Shown here: positions 1 through 9,321 of the stretch, piece by piece
Layout of the letters: every line of letters begins with the position of its first letter
How positions within the stretch are numbered: the first letter of the stretch is position 1
Virus record (IMG/VR): IMGVR_UViG_3300044641_005618
From: a virus
Lineage: Duplodnaviria > Caudoviricetes
Strand: one strand, 5' to 3'
DNA length: 64,000 nucleotides
The notes under the pieces: model-generated
Told to the model about the DNA's origin: nothing
The model's database searches: none
What the model saw: only the letters and a program-made list of their open reading frames with translations
Made by a program: the position numbers and the translations under genes

Positions 1-1
1 T

Positions 2-1771
2 AATATCCTTGAAGGTGTCGAGTACAATTTTCATGTACCTTTCACCGTCAACTTCTCCACCCTTAAACCCTTTCATGAAGTCTGAGAGGAATTTTTGGAT
101 ACCCGTTCCAACGTCTTTTCCTGCCTGTTCGGGGTTGAAATAGCTCGCAAGTGCCTTAAAAGTCTCTGCTAAGCCCCTGCCGAGTGCTTCAGCTAGGCTC
201 TTCTTACCTGAGGCTATATCAGACCCTAAGTTCTCAAAGTTGTCCTGCAGTTCAGTTAAAGGTCTCGCAAGAGCCCCGATAATTGAGTTGACGGGTCCTA
301 TCAAAAGGTTCCCCGCTGAGTTCATCATGTTAGCAAAACTTTGCAACAGCGGCCCGAATTGAGTCGCTATCACTTCGATCGGAGAGTCTGCTGACTTGTA
401 GAAGTCATCGAGGTTTTTTATAAATCGAACCCTGTTGTTCTTCTGTTGTTCCTCAATCTTCTGTATCTCAGCCTCTTTCCTGCCTTGTTTCGCAAGTGCT
501 TCTAAAACTTCCTTGTTTCGCCTATCGTACTTCGCTATTTGCTTGTCTCTCGCACCACTTGAGGTCATCATTGCTAAGGTCTTCTCTCCCTGTTTGCCAA
601 TGTCTGCTGTTAATGTGAGAATACCGGACGGACCGAGAAAGGTGTCGTTTACGGACTGCATACCACCTGCAATCGTATTCTTAGCTTCTTCAAGAGCAGC
701 CTCAGGCATTGCGATCGAGAAACCGTAACTGGCTGCCTTGATCCTTCCCTCGACAGTGTTACCGAACTTTTTAAGACCTTCTTTGAGGGATGAGACGAGG
801 ATCGGGTTGTTTTCAAAGACGGATAATTGTCTGTTGATTGTCCCCGATCCAAGGAACTGTGTAACTCCCATAGCAGCCTGGGGTGCGTACGCTGGACTAG
901 TAATTACAGATCCGATTTGGGAGTACAAGATAGCGAGTTTCTTGCCGACGCCGTTTTCTCCCCCCATCACTTCATTTAGTTTCTCCCTACTTACAATAGA
1001 AAGGTCTGTGATGCCTTTCTCCTTTAGCATCACAGGGAGCAGGTTGTCGCCGAGCTGTCTTGACAGAATTTGTATGGTTTTTGAGCTTACTGTACTTGTT
1101 CGAATAATCTCGTTAATCGCGCTATCCATGGAGCGACTAATGTTCTTCGTCTGAAGGTACATATCGTTCGAAGCGTCCTTCAATGCCTGACCCTCTTTGC
1201 CGGCCAGTCCCTGTTTGAACATTCCCTCTTTATTCAGGGACCCGAACAAGGAACCACGAGCCATGACATCTCCAAGCTGGTCTTGAACTGCCTCAGAGTA
1301 TCTCTTTCCTACGAACCCTAGACCCTGCTGAAGGATGTTTACAGCGGAAGAGGCCCCCGCTGTTAAAGCATTCGCAAACCCTTCTCCTACTTTTATGAGT
1401 GCGTTTGCCTCGAGAATTTTCCCCAGAATCTTTGCATCTTCCTGCGCTGCCTTTAACCCGGACTTATCGATGGGGAGCCCTTTCTTCGACACCGAGTCAA
1501 GGTCTTTGCCAAGCATCTGAACTTCTTCGCGAGCTGCTTGAATACCGGATTTGTCGAACTTAAACTGAAGCTTGTTCAGAGTCTTCATTTCATTCTGAAG
1601 AGTCTTCAGCTCTGAGTTAGCCGCCTTAAATCCGTCTCGCAAAGATACCGCAGCATTATCCTTGCTGAGGGGTTTGCTCAGCTTCTGAAACTCCTTATTT
1701 AGATCCCTTAGCTTCTTGGTAATTTGATCGTCAAACTTACCAATCAGTGTAAAGGTCTTATTCTCCGCCAT
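2..1771 (-). CDS. Tail tape measure protein (partial, runs off window start)
   Basis: Not in the ORF track because it has no stop in the window. Hand translation from ATG 1771 gives MAENKTFTLIGKFDDQITKKLRDLNKEFQKL..., an open, Ala/Gly/Leu/Lys-rich helical frame typical of tape measure proteins. GGGTAAA motif at 1811-1817. Confidence 0.75.
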   Translation of the reverse strand, partial: MAENKTFTLIGKFDDQITKKLRDLNKEFQKLSKPLSKDNAAVSLRDGFKAANSELKTLQNEMKTLNKLQFKFDKSGIQAAREEVQMLGKDLDSVSKKGLPIDKSGLKAAQEDAKILGKILEANALIKVGEGFANALTAGASSAVNILQQGLGFVGKRYSEAVQDQLGDVMARGSLFGSLNKEGMFKQGLAGKEGQALKDASNDMYLQTKNISRSMDSAINEIIRTSTVSSKTIQILSRQLGDNLLPVMLKEKGITDLSIVSREKLNEVMGGENGVGKKLAILYSQIGSVITSPAYAPQAAMGVTQFLGSGTINRQLSVFENNPILVSSLKEGLKKFGNTVEGRIKAASYGFSIAMPEAALEEAKNTIAGGMQSVNDTFLGPSGILTLTADIGKQGEKTLAMMTSSGARDKQIAKYDRRNKEVLEALAKQGRKEAEIQKIEEQQKNNRVRFIKNLDDFYKSADSPIEVIATQFGPLLQSFANMMNSAGNLLIGPVNSIIGALARPLTELQDNFENLGSDIASGKKSLAEALGRGLAETFKALASYFNPEQAGKDVGTGIQKFLSDFMKGFKGGEVDGERYMKIVLDTFKDI

Positions 1772-1823
1772 TCTCTTTTCTCGTGCAGAAATAGCCGGGT
1801 GTTAATAGACTTTACCCTTAGTA

Positions 1824-3347
1824 CTAAAACTGCCCTTGACCCCGAGGCAGTGTCTTTCTAACCTCAACCCCATTGTTAGTGTAACTCACGGTACTCTCTC
1901 CCTTTTTATTCACATTGACTCTCACATTCGTTGCTCCTGATGGTACTCCGGGAATTTTCGTTGTCGGCGAAACACCTTGATTAGTCTGTCCAGCCACGCC
2001 GTCTCTTCTCCGGGACGAGTTGGTTTGCTGCTGATTCACAACTACCGGACGAGTCGATAGAACACTCGCAACGGCACCTAAATTCGAGGTAGTCCCGGAA
2101 ACTGTTTTGCTTGCTACGTCTCTCCCGTCATCAACTTGGTACGAGGGAACTTGTGAAAAGGAAATGTCAACCTTGGCACGTGTTGCAAGGCCAGTCAAGT
2201 CTCTCATTTCCTCCTTCACCTTCACCTCCTTAATAAGGAAGCACCCACCATCAACATCACCATATCTCTTATTATTTGCATAGACCCAATACACGGGTAC
2301 CTTAACGTAGCCGTTTTGCGTGTCCAGTGTGAAACTCAGGAGTTTTTCCAAGTCAGAAACCTTCCCTTCAATGGTCTTCCCCCTTGTGAAACCCTCCACA
2401 AGAGCGTTTGACATACTTAGTTCCCTCATTCCCCGGCTGCCCGATATCACGGGTGGCAGGTTTGTGCCGAAAATTGGAACTCTATCCACCTGAACGGCGG
2501 TTGACCAGGAAATTTCTTCAGGTGCGCAGATAAAGTTCCACACTGAGGACTGTTGTGAATCTTGAGAGAAGGGTTGTCCTACTGTGGAGCTTGTAAGAAT
2601 CTGCGGGATCGTCGATATTGCCTTAAATGCGTCAGGGCTCCCAAACGGAACACCACGAAAGGAACCCGCTAAGTTGGCTTGTTTTGTCAAGTCTCCGAGG
2701 ACAGCTCCAGAGGCACTCTGAAATGCTGCTGAGTAGTCGGCCTTCGGTGTTGGGGGCAATCCCCCTGAAGACGGAACACTTTGCCCTGCAGGTAGAGATG
2801 TTTGAACACCACTCCCACCCCTACCCGACACTTGATCCGTAATTTCCGCCTGGGCTCCAGAAACTGCGGGCTTAATAGAAAACACCACGTCAGCACCGTT
2901 TGTTCCAGGGTTGTAAGCGTACCCTTGGTAGTCTGCGTCTGGCTCGTTTCCTGCCCCTGGAAAGAACTTGGTTGGGCTACTTACTGTTGCCGGGAATAAT
3001 GTACCCAGAAGGTCTCTCGACAAGTTACTAACCGCGTTTCCCGCAAAGTCTTGAACCAACGAACCCAGGGGGCCAAGGGCTTTTGAGTTGACGATAGAAG
3101 CCGTCAAGGACTGGGATATGGCTTGACTACCGGTTGAAATTAGCCCCGGTGTTACTGCCGAGCTCAAAAACGAAGTGAGTGACTGCGGGCTTAACCCTGC
3201 GGTGCTCGCCCACTGGTCTGACAATTTGGGGCTCAAAGCCACTCGGACCGCTGAAGACGCGAGATTATTTATTAAACCCCCTGCAACACCGTTCACAAGG
3301 GAGTTTGAGCTTACTGAGATTGTAGGAATGACTCCGGAAAAGGCCAT
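1824..3347 (-). CDS. Tail tube-like / baseplate-proximal structural protein
   Basis: Central segment (FICAPEEISWSTAVQVDRVPIFG...RELSMSNAL...VKVKEE...RAKVDISF) resembles tube-initiator domains of contractile tails. Start placed at ATG 3347, which overlaps the upstream stop (TAATG). Confidence 0.5.
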   Translation of the reverse strand: MAFSGVIPTISVSSNSLVNGVAGGLINNLASSAVRVALSPKLSDQWASTAGLSPQSLTSFLSSAVTPGLISTGSQAISQSLTASIVNSKALGPLGSLVQDFAGNAVSNLSRDLLGTLFPATVSSPTKFFPGAGNEPDADYQGYAYNPGTNGADVVFSIKPAVSGAQAEITDQVSGRGGSGVQTSLPAGQSVPSSGGLPPTPKADYSAAFQSASGAVLGDLTKQANLAGSFRGVPFGSPDAFKAISTIPQILTSSTVGQPFSQDSQQSSVWNFICAPEEISWSTAVQVDRVPIFGTNLPPVISGSRGMRELSMSNALVEGFTRGKTIEGKVSDLEKLLSFTLDTQNGYVKVPVYWVYANNKRYGDVDGGCFLIKEVKVKEEMRDLTGLATRAKVDISFSQVPSYQVDDGRDVASKTVSGTTSNLGAVASVLSTRPVVVNQQQTNSSRRRDGVAGQTNQGVSPTTKIPGVPSGATNVRVNVNKKGESTVSYTNNGVEVRKTLPRGQGQF

Positions 3348-4018
3348 TATTTCCACCCTTGGCTACGGGTTTTCTTCACGTTAGTGTTCTTCTTATCGTC
3401 CCTCTTCACATCTTTCACAATTTGGGGAATTGCATCCAGAGAGGACTCGTCTAGGCGATATGTGCAAATCCACCCTCGCTCAGTTGGTGCAATCTCAAAG
3501 TTGAAACGGTGACTGTCGTACTGAAAAGTTCCTGCGAACGTTCCGTCGTCTACTTGCAAAAAGTCGTTCGAACTTGATGGGTACTTGCCCTTAGCATCAC
3601 GAATGCTGTTTACCGAGTCCCCGAAAACACTCTCAATAACGCTTGTAAGTACCCTTTCAACTTTTTCAGCAGTTCCCAGGTTATCCTCAACGAAGTCGTC
3701 TGAAATACTCTGAGGGTCGCTTGCGCTATCCCAGAGCTTTTCGGGGGAAATATTCTCTATGGACTCTGCAGACGGCCAGTGATCGGGGTTTACCTTTTGT
3801 AGCAACTCTAAGGTCTCGTCAACTTCTTCAGTACTCAGGTCTTCCACCCCCTCAACCTTAGAGAGTGCAGAGACTAGTGAAACGTCTCCATCGGCGAATT
3901 CGTGGGCAAAGTTATCCAGGTAACCCTGAGGAATGCTTGCAGCATTTCCTCCGCACGCTTCGAGAAGAAGGTGCGCCATTGAACTACAATGGGCGAAGTA
4001 GGATAAGTCGGACTGCAT
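3347..4018 (-). CDS. Hypothetical protein (223 aa, acidic)
   Basis: ORF track; GGGTAAA motif at 4043-4049; stop overlaps the next start. Confidence 0.7.
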   Translation of the reverse strand: MQSDLSYFAHCSSMAHLLLEACGGNAASIPQGYLDNFAHEFADGDVSLVSALSKVEGVEDLSTEEVDETLELLQKVNPDHWPSAESIENISPEKLWDSASDPQSISDDFVEDNLGTAEKVERVLTSVIESVFGDSVNSIRDAKGKYPSSSNDFLQVDDGTFAGTFQYDSHRFNFEIAPTERGWICTYRLDESSLDAIPQIVKDVKRDDKKNTNVKKTRSQGWK

Positions 4019-4060
4019 CCCGGCACAATCATTCTCCCTAGTTTTACCCGTTTTACCGCC

Positions 4061-5062
4061 CTAAAGTCTCGTTGGTGAATCTAAACCCACCTTAGCAAAC
4101 TGAATTAGGGTCTGATCAAAGTGGTCACTCCGAAGGTTAACTCCGGGTTCATTTAAGCATTCTACAAGGTTTTCATACCATGGGGCGTCTTTTTCTATAT
4201 TGTAGTCAAGGTTGGGTTCTGTCAAATCGAATAAGGATTTTGGGCTGCCTGGTGGCAAATTATCTCCCATGTCACCAAATTTAACTTTCCAGTCGGCAAG
4301 ATTTTTGGGGTGGTCTAAGTCGAAACCCATCCTCCATTTAGTATGCTCAATTACACCTGCATTATCTACAAGTCTTGCTTGAATTTTCTCTTTTGGGAAG
4401 GGGACACGAGTGTTTGCGAAATACACTCCAATGTCTTCATCTACAAGTTGAGACCAATCTCTGTCTAGGGTGGATAGCAAAATTTGCCGGTCTCTTACAA
4501 CAGACCCTGGTTCGCTATCTCGAGAAAGCCGATAAACGGCCCCGGCAATATCATCGGCCTCAAAACCTTCCTGAGAGAACACCGGATAGTACTTGTTGAC
4601 GTATTCCCACCCTATGTCAAAGATGCGCCAAAACGTATCTGTCTTGTCCCCCCGAGTACCTTTGTAATTAGTTGGAATTTCTGATATGTTTTTTCCTTTC
4701 TTCTCGGCATATTCTACCCAGGCGGTCTGAACTTCTGTGGACTCTATCATGACCCGGTCGCGCCAGTAGTTCCCTGTGTCTTTGAACCGACTATCCGCAA
4801 CCACGACTATACGGTAGGGGTGCCTCGGGAGCATATCTGGCCCCCGGTTAATTTTTAGGGCCCAACACCCTTTTATCAGTTTGTCCTCTACATCCTTATT
4901 TACAGACCCCTCGACTTTATCTTCGAACCACCGTTTCACGTCGTGTAAATAAACGTGGAAATCAACAACTACGAGTGGGGCGGGGTTACTATCGAGCTTA
5001 AAGTAGGACTCTAATTTTGGTCTTGGCGTTTCACTTTCACTCATATAATTCAGCGGTAGCAC
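4061..5062 (-). CDS. 5'-3' exonuclease / flap endonuclease (T4 RNase H-like)
   Basis: FEN-family acidic motifs VVVDF, YKGTR, FEADDIAG, TLDRDWSQL, GDMGDNLP. Confidence 0.85.
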   Translation of the reverse strand: MLPLNYMSESETPRPKLESYFKLDSNPAPLVVVDFHVYLHDVKRWFEDKVEGSVNKDVEDKLIKGCWALKINRGPDMLPRHPYRIVVVADSRFKDTGNYWRDRVMIESTEVQTAWVEYAEKKGKNISEIPTNYKGTRGDKTDTFWRIFDIGWEYVNKYYPVFSQEGFEADDIAGAVYRLSRDSEPGSVVRDRQILLSTLDRDWSQLVDEDIGVYFANTRVPFPKEKIQARLVDNAGVIEHTKWRMGFDLDHPKNLADWKVKFGDMGDNLPPGSPKSLFDLTEPNLDYNIEKDAPWYENLVECLNEPGVNLRSDHFDQTLIQFAKVGLDSPTRL

Positions 5063-5093
5063 CCTTATTCTAGGTTCTACCGCTATTCGTAAA

Positions 5094-5327
5094 CTATATT
5101 GTTTTCGGCATAGGTAAGTCTATGTAGTATGCCGGAAGGCCAACTTCTTCCTCGGAAAATCGCGAGTCAGATAAACTGTGCCATTCACCTGATTTAAAGA
5201 GCCACACGTCACAATTTGACACTTGAAAGTCCCCACTCCTATCCGAGAATGCGACCCAGTATTCTTTGTCGACCGGGGGGGAATCCTCCGCAATCTTCCA
5301 GAATCCTTTTGCGATTTGATTATTCAT
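5094..5327 (-). CDS. Hypothetical protein (77 aa)
   Basis: ORF overlaps the thyX stop, in operon context. Confidence 0.6.
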   Translation of the reverse strand: MNNQIAKGFWKIAEDSPPVDKEYWVAFSDRSGDFQVSNCDVWLFKSGEWHSLSDSRFSEEEVGLPAYYIDLPMPKTI

Positions 5328-6127
5328 GTTAGGGGTAATTGTGCTCTTAAGATCTCAACTTCGGCCTTTAGTTTCAAAATCTCACGATCCTTCACGTCTT
5401 CAGCGTATAAGGGCTTTTGTGTCTTCTCATCGAACAGAGAGCGATAGATGGTCGGAAACTGTGTTGAGAAGATTGTTCGAACTGCCCGTGCTAGCTCAAC
5501 GTGCTCCCACTGTGCCACACCTTCATCGTCTCTCACTCCGATGTAGTGAATGAAGGAGCGGACGCTTCCCTTCAGGTACATGCGAGTGTAAACCCCTTCT
5601 GGTAACACAAATCGGGCCATCTCTTTTGCGATGCCCTTGTCCAGAAGGTTTGTGTAGGACTGGAGCGCTGCTTTATACGCAAACTCAAACTCAGCCAACA
5701 TAAAGTCTGTGAGGCTGGGGTCCTCGGCTACAAAACTGTTTTGCCGGTTCTTGGTGTCTTGCAACCGCGCCTGTTCAGGCATGTAGAAGAGATCCTTGAA
5801 TGTTGGTAAGTCCTCCGTATGCTTGCGCATCATTTCTTGGTTCTCATACCGCCCCGAAAACTGCTGAAATTTGAACGAACTATGCCTAAGAACCTGAACA
5901 GAAATTGCAAGCGGTGTTACAACTTCCACGGTGAGGTCGGCCTGGTCAAACACGCTCCAGTGGCCCTCTTTCGCACAGTACTTGAGCAGATGCTCAATTT
6001 TAGGGTTGCTCTGGTCTTTGCTCGTTACGCGTGCGATGTATGCTATCAGCTCCTCCCCTTGGGGGGTGGTGCTTACAAGGCGAGATTTGCTGGAGCCTTC
6101 GATGAACCACGGATTGTTATTCTCCAT
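5324..6127 (-). CDS. thyX: FAD-dependent thymidylate synthase
   Basis: IAYIARV, HWSVFDQA, QVLRHSSFKFQQFSGRY (ThyX signature variant), AKEMARFVLP, AQWEH. Confidence 0.95.
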   Translation of the reverse strand: MENNNPWFIEGSSKSRLVSTTPQGEELIAYIARVTSKDQSNPKIEHLLKYCAKEGHWSVFDQADLTVEVVTPLAISVQVLRHSSFKFQQFSGRYENQEMMRKHTEDLPTFKDLFYMPEQARLQDTKNRQNSFVAEDPSLTDFMLAEFEFAYKAALQSYTNLLDKGIAKEMARFVLPEGVYTRMYLKGSVRSFIHYIGVRDDEGVAQWEHVELARAVRTIFSTQFPTIYRSLFDEKTQKPLYAEDVKDREILKLKAEVEILRAQLPLT

Positions 6128-6128
6128 G

Positions 6129-6509
6129 TCAAGAAGCTCCCTGTGAGGTTAGACGGGCTTCGAGTCTATCAGCAATCCCCGCGACAATCTCAGCCATAGT
6201 GGCTACGGCAGTGGAGTCATTGATCTTAATAGCCGGATCTTGAACACTGAAAAAAGGGTGTTCCACGGGCTCATTCCCCCTTTGTGACTCTTCACCCGAG
6301 GACAATGCAAGAAACTCGTCGTAGTCTAACGGGTAGCCTATTGCTCTCAAGAACCGCTCAAAATTCTCAATCATTTCGCTAAGGTCCGCCTCAGACGAAA
6401 ACTGTATAGATACTCGTGGGTCGGATGGATCTTCGGCGTCAATGAAAGCTGGGAACCCCTCGGTGGAAGGCTCGTAGAGAAAGGTAATTGTACCAAACAT
6501 TGTATTCAA
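6129..6509 (-). CDS. Hypothetical protein (126 aa)
   Basis: ORF tightly packed in the operon. Confidence 0.65.
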   Translation of the reverse strand: MNTMFGTITFLYEPSTEGFPAFIDAEDPSDPRVSIQFSSEADLSEMIENFERFLRAIGYPLDYDEFLALSSGEESQRGNEPVEHPFFSVQDPAIKINDSTAVATMAEIVAGIADRLEARLTSQGAS

Positions 6510-7126
6510 AAGTCGAGAGAAATTTCGTCAGAGCTTAATGCGGCAAGGTCTAAACCTTTCGCCATGAGATCCATAATACGAACGGTAGATATGCAATCTG
6601 CAAGGGCGTCGTGTGCGGGCAACCCGGACAAGTTTGGAAGTTTCTGCCAGCGCACACCGCCCTTGCTTTCGTTCCACTCACCCCTCCACTCTGAGTACCT
6701 GTCCATGCAACAACTCGCCCCCGAAAATTTGGGAACCGCCATGTTATACTTCTTATACAAGTGTACTAAAAGGGCAATGTCAAAGTCTGCGTTATACGCT
6801 ACAACGTGCTTGTTTTCGAGTACAAAGGATATTAGCTTTGCAACTTGAGGGAAGACAGGGCTCTCACTAACCATGTCGTTGGATATACCGTGTATCCCAA
6901 CTAGCTGGTCACTCATTGGCTGAGCGGGTTTTATCAGCATGGAAAACAACGGTCGCATAGCGGTGTTTGTTACAGTGAGTTGAACAATTTCCGTTGTGGG
7001 GTCGTTTCTCAGAATTCCCGTGGTTTCGCAGTCAATGACTACGGTTTTTGTATCAGCAAGGCGCTCTTTCGCCCATTCTGACGATTTTCGCTTGAGCTCT
7101 TTAAACTCTAACTCTGTTGGTTTCAC
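6506..7126 (-). CDS. DEDDh 3'-5' exonuclease (DnaQ/epsilon-like)
   Basis: ExoI VIDCETTG, ExoII AYNADFD, ExoIII AHDALADC. Confidence 0.92.
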   Translation of the reverse strand: MKPTELEFKELKRKSSEWAKERLADTKTVVIDCETTGILRNDPTTEIVQLTVTNTAMRPLFSMLIKPAQPMSDQLVGIHGISNDMVSESPVFPQVAKLISFVLENKHVVAYNADFDIALLVHLYKKYNMAVPKFSGASCCMDRYSEWRGEWNESKGGVRWQKLPNLSGLPAHDALADCISTVRIMDLMAKGLDLAALSSDEISLDF

Positions 7127-7376
7127 TGTTTAGGTAAGTTTCTAAGGCGGGGTCGTCCGCTTCAGCTTCATTGTAGGTTGCCTCTAAGGGAGGTAAACTC
7201 TGGGCGTCACGGTACTCCCTCTCGATCCTTTCGTGCCATTCTATCACCTTCGTGAAAGCAACGATTAGGTCTGTTGCGTAGCCTCGGACTCTCTCACGGT
7301 TTCCCGGCCCGTCTTGCAAAACGAACTCAAAGTAAGTTCGTCCGTTATGGTCGTGGCTTTCGATTTCAATCTTCAT
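7101..7376 (-). CDS. Hypothetical protein (91 aa)
   Basis: ORF overlapping both neighbours in the operon. Confidence 0.6.
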   Translation of the reverse strand: MKIEIESHDHNGRTYFEFVLQDGPGNRERVRGYATDLIVAFTKVIEWHERIEREYRDAQSLPPLEATYNEAEADDPALETYLNSETNRVRV

Positions 7377-7740
7377 AGTTCTTAGTTAGAGACACAGGGA
7401 GAATCCCATAATCTTCGAGTCCAAACAGGCCCCTGTCAATTGACTTCCCCCCCATCCGAGTGTAGGAGTAAACCTTACCGGTGAAGCGCACACGCTCGTT
7501 CTTTCCGGGTACGCCCCCGGCCATCTTAAACTGCCTCTTCAACACCCACAAATGGTCAAGGTAAATTGACTCTCCCAGTGGCAAAGGGGTTACAAAAACG
7601 TTCACAAGGCATAACGAATCAAGATCTTTTCTCTTACCGTGGGGGCGAAACTCTTTCACTCTGCCTGAGCAATCCACCTCAGTTCCCAGTAGGTACTTCA
7701 GATCATCTCGCTGTCGTATTACTGAGGATGTTTCTGTCAC
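7366..7740 (-). CDS. Hypothetical protein (124 aa)
   Basis: First ORF of the DNA-metabolism block. Confidence 0.6.
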   Translation of the reverse strand: MTETSSVIRQRDDLKYLLGTEVDCSGRVKEFRPHGKRKDLDSLCLVNVFVTPLPLGESIYLDHLWVLKRQFKMAGGVPGKNERVRFTGKVYSYTRMGGKSIDRGLFGLEDYGILPVSLTKNYED

Positions 7741-7814
7741 ATTTAGTGAGTTGTTTCTACTTGGAGTTTAGCGCTGTTAAGCCAAGGGTAAAGCTTCTTA
7801 CACGAACCTACTCG

Positions 7815-8573
7815 ATGAGCGACACACTCGGCAAACAAACATTCGGACTAACCAAAAAAGACTACACCGACAAACTAAGTAGAATTATAGAGAACCACCG
7901 AGTAAATTCCCAGCTTATCGGTGAACCAAAGGATTTCGTCTTAAGGTCGTGCCGAGTCACACCTACATGGGAAAAGTTGTCAACAGACCCCGAAGTTAAG
8001 CTCTATCTTAGGAATGTCGATATCGCCGGTGGGATGAGAGTGAAAATGCTAAGCCTCGAAAGAGGTGGCTCCAAGCAACCTGTACCCAAGAAGAAACTTA
8101 TCGACTTTTTGTACCCTCCCAAGAAAATCTCAACCAGTGCAAGCTCAGAGGAGAAGCATTTTAATGCGGTAAAAGCAGCCATGAGGAGCGGTGTGTCTCA
8201 ACAGCTGAAGGATTTTCGAGACTCTGTGAGTCTTCCGGCAACTTGCTACCTAACGGGAAAGAATCTAAGGAGGGGCATGAAGACAGACGTAGACCACGTG
8301 GGTTTGTCTTTTGCTGAAATTGCCGATTCGTTTGTTAGACTAAACTCGTTGACCTATGTGGATATTTTCTTAGTGGGACCACCCACGGCGAAGGAGTTTA
8401 AGGACAAAACCCTGTGGAAAGAATGGAAAAGCTATCACCTTGCAAAGGCTAATTTTTCTCTGGTGTGCTCCTCGGCTAATCGGTCAAAGGGGTGCGAGGG
8501 TTACAAAACTTCTGAGGAAGTTCTGGGGTCTTTCTCCAAATGTGATACGGAGGATCTTTCCCTGGATTTTTGA
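7815..8573 (+). CDS. Putative HNH-type nuclease with DCL/DUF3223-like N-terminal region
   Basis: Only clear plus-strand gene. Start placed at ATG 7815 (MSDTLGKQ), 22 nt after GGGTAAA at 7786-7792. C-terminal CYLTG...DVDH...ANFSLVCSSANRSKG looks like a beta-beta-alpha-metal motif. DUF3223 similarity is from memory only. Confidence 0.45.
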   Translation: MSDTLGKQTFGLTKKDYTDKLSRIIENHRVNSQLIGEPKDFVLRSCRVTPTWEKLSTDPEVKLYLRNVDIAGGMRVKMLSLERGGSKQPVPKKKLIDFLYPPKKISTSASSEEKHFNAVKAAMRSGVSQQLKDFRDSVSLPATCYLTGKNLRRGMKTDVDHVGLSFAEIADSFVRLNSLTYVDIFLVGPPTAKEFKDKTLWKEWKSYHLAKANFSLVCSSANRSKGCEGYKTSEEVLGSFSKCDTEDLSLDF

Positions 8574-8605
8574 AATAGTACAAATCCAGGTGTTCGTTGA
8601 CTTTT

Positions 8606-9317
8606 TTAGTTAAAGCAGCCTAAGTGGGTGTTCGGCCCTACTGATTGATGGTAACCGTAATCGTTCCACCACTTATTTGAGCCCCCTGAACTCTGCACAT
8701 CGGTGGACGCAGTGTATTGAAGCGTGCCTGTTTTACCCGATGCACCAAAGGTCACGCTGTAAACGCCACTAGTTAACGAGTTTCTGTTTAACCAGACGCC
8801 TTCACTGCCGGTGAACGTTGCGACACCCGTTGACGTAGCGCTGACCAGCTGACGACATTTGCTGCCCCGCAGAAGCTGTAATTACCGAAAAGATAAAACG
8901 CACCGAAAAACAAGTCAAATCTATTTGTCCATGTGTGGGCAACCGGGGGACCGCTTGCTGATGATGTCGCCGTATTAAAAAAGTAGTCAAAACGTTGTGC
9001 CTTTTGGCTAGTGTCAGAAAGCCCTGAGTTATTATTTAGATAGTCTACAGCTGCAGATAGTGACTGCCCCGAAGGGGCCCATATCACGGAATCATCGTTA
9101 CAGGTTAAGTCCTTGTATATGAAATTTCTTTGGTTTGGCGTTGCTCCTGTATCCATGGCGCCACCAGACGGGTTGAGTTGCAACGGCCTTGTATTGCCAC
9201 TTCTGCTTGGTACAGGTACGTAAACGATTGTTGATGTTGTAAACGTCAGCACGGATGGCTCAGGCCCCACGCCAACGCTGCCCAGAAACGCTGGATCTCG
9301 AAAGCCAAATCCCTCAT
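8606..9317 (-). pseudogene. Frameshifted fibre-associated gene (two apparent 1-nt deletions)
   Basis: ATG 9317 is one base out of frame with GFGFRDPAFLGSVGVGPEPS... The frame shifts again near 8845 into VSATSTGVATFTGSEGVWLNRNSLTSG...LGCFN* (stop 8606-8608). The span is 712 nt; adding 2 nt gives 238 codons. Confidence 0.5.
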
Positions 9318-9321
9318 CCTC

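Noticed and set aside
435-1520. Plus-strand ORFs at 435, 738 and 1335
   Set aside because: Antisense shadows of the tape measure gene, which the track missed because it has no stop in the window.
7566-7814. N-terminal extension of the plus-strand ORF
   Set aside because: Overlaps the 7366..7740 gene antisense; the promoter motif supports ATG 7815.
8731-8739. GGGTAAA copies at 8731 and 55894
   Set aside because: Both fall in coding sequence as Gly-Lys codons. The 55894 copy is only 9 nt from the next start, so it was not counted as a promoter.
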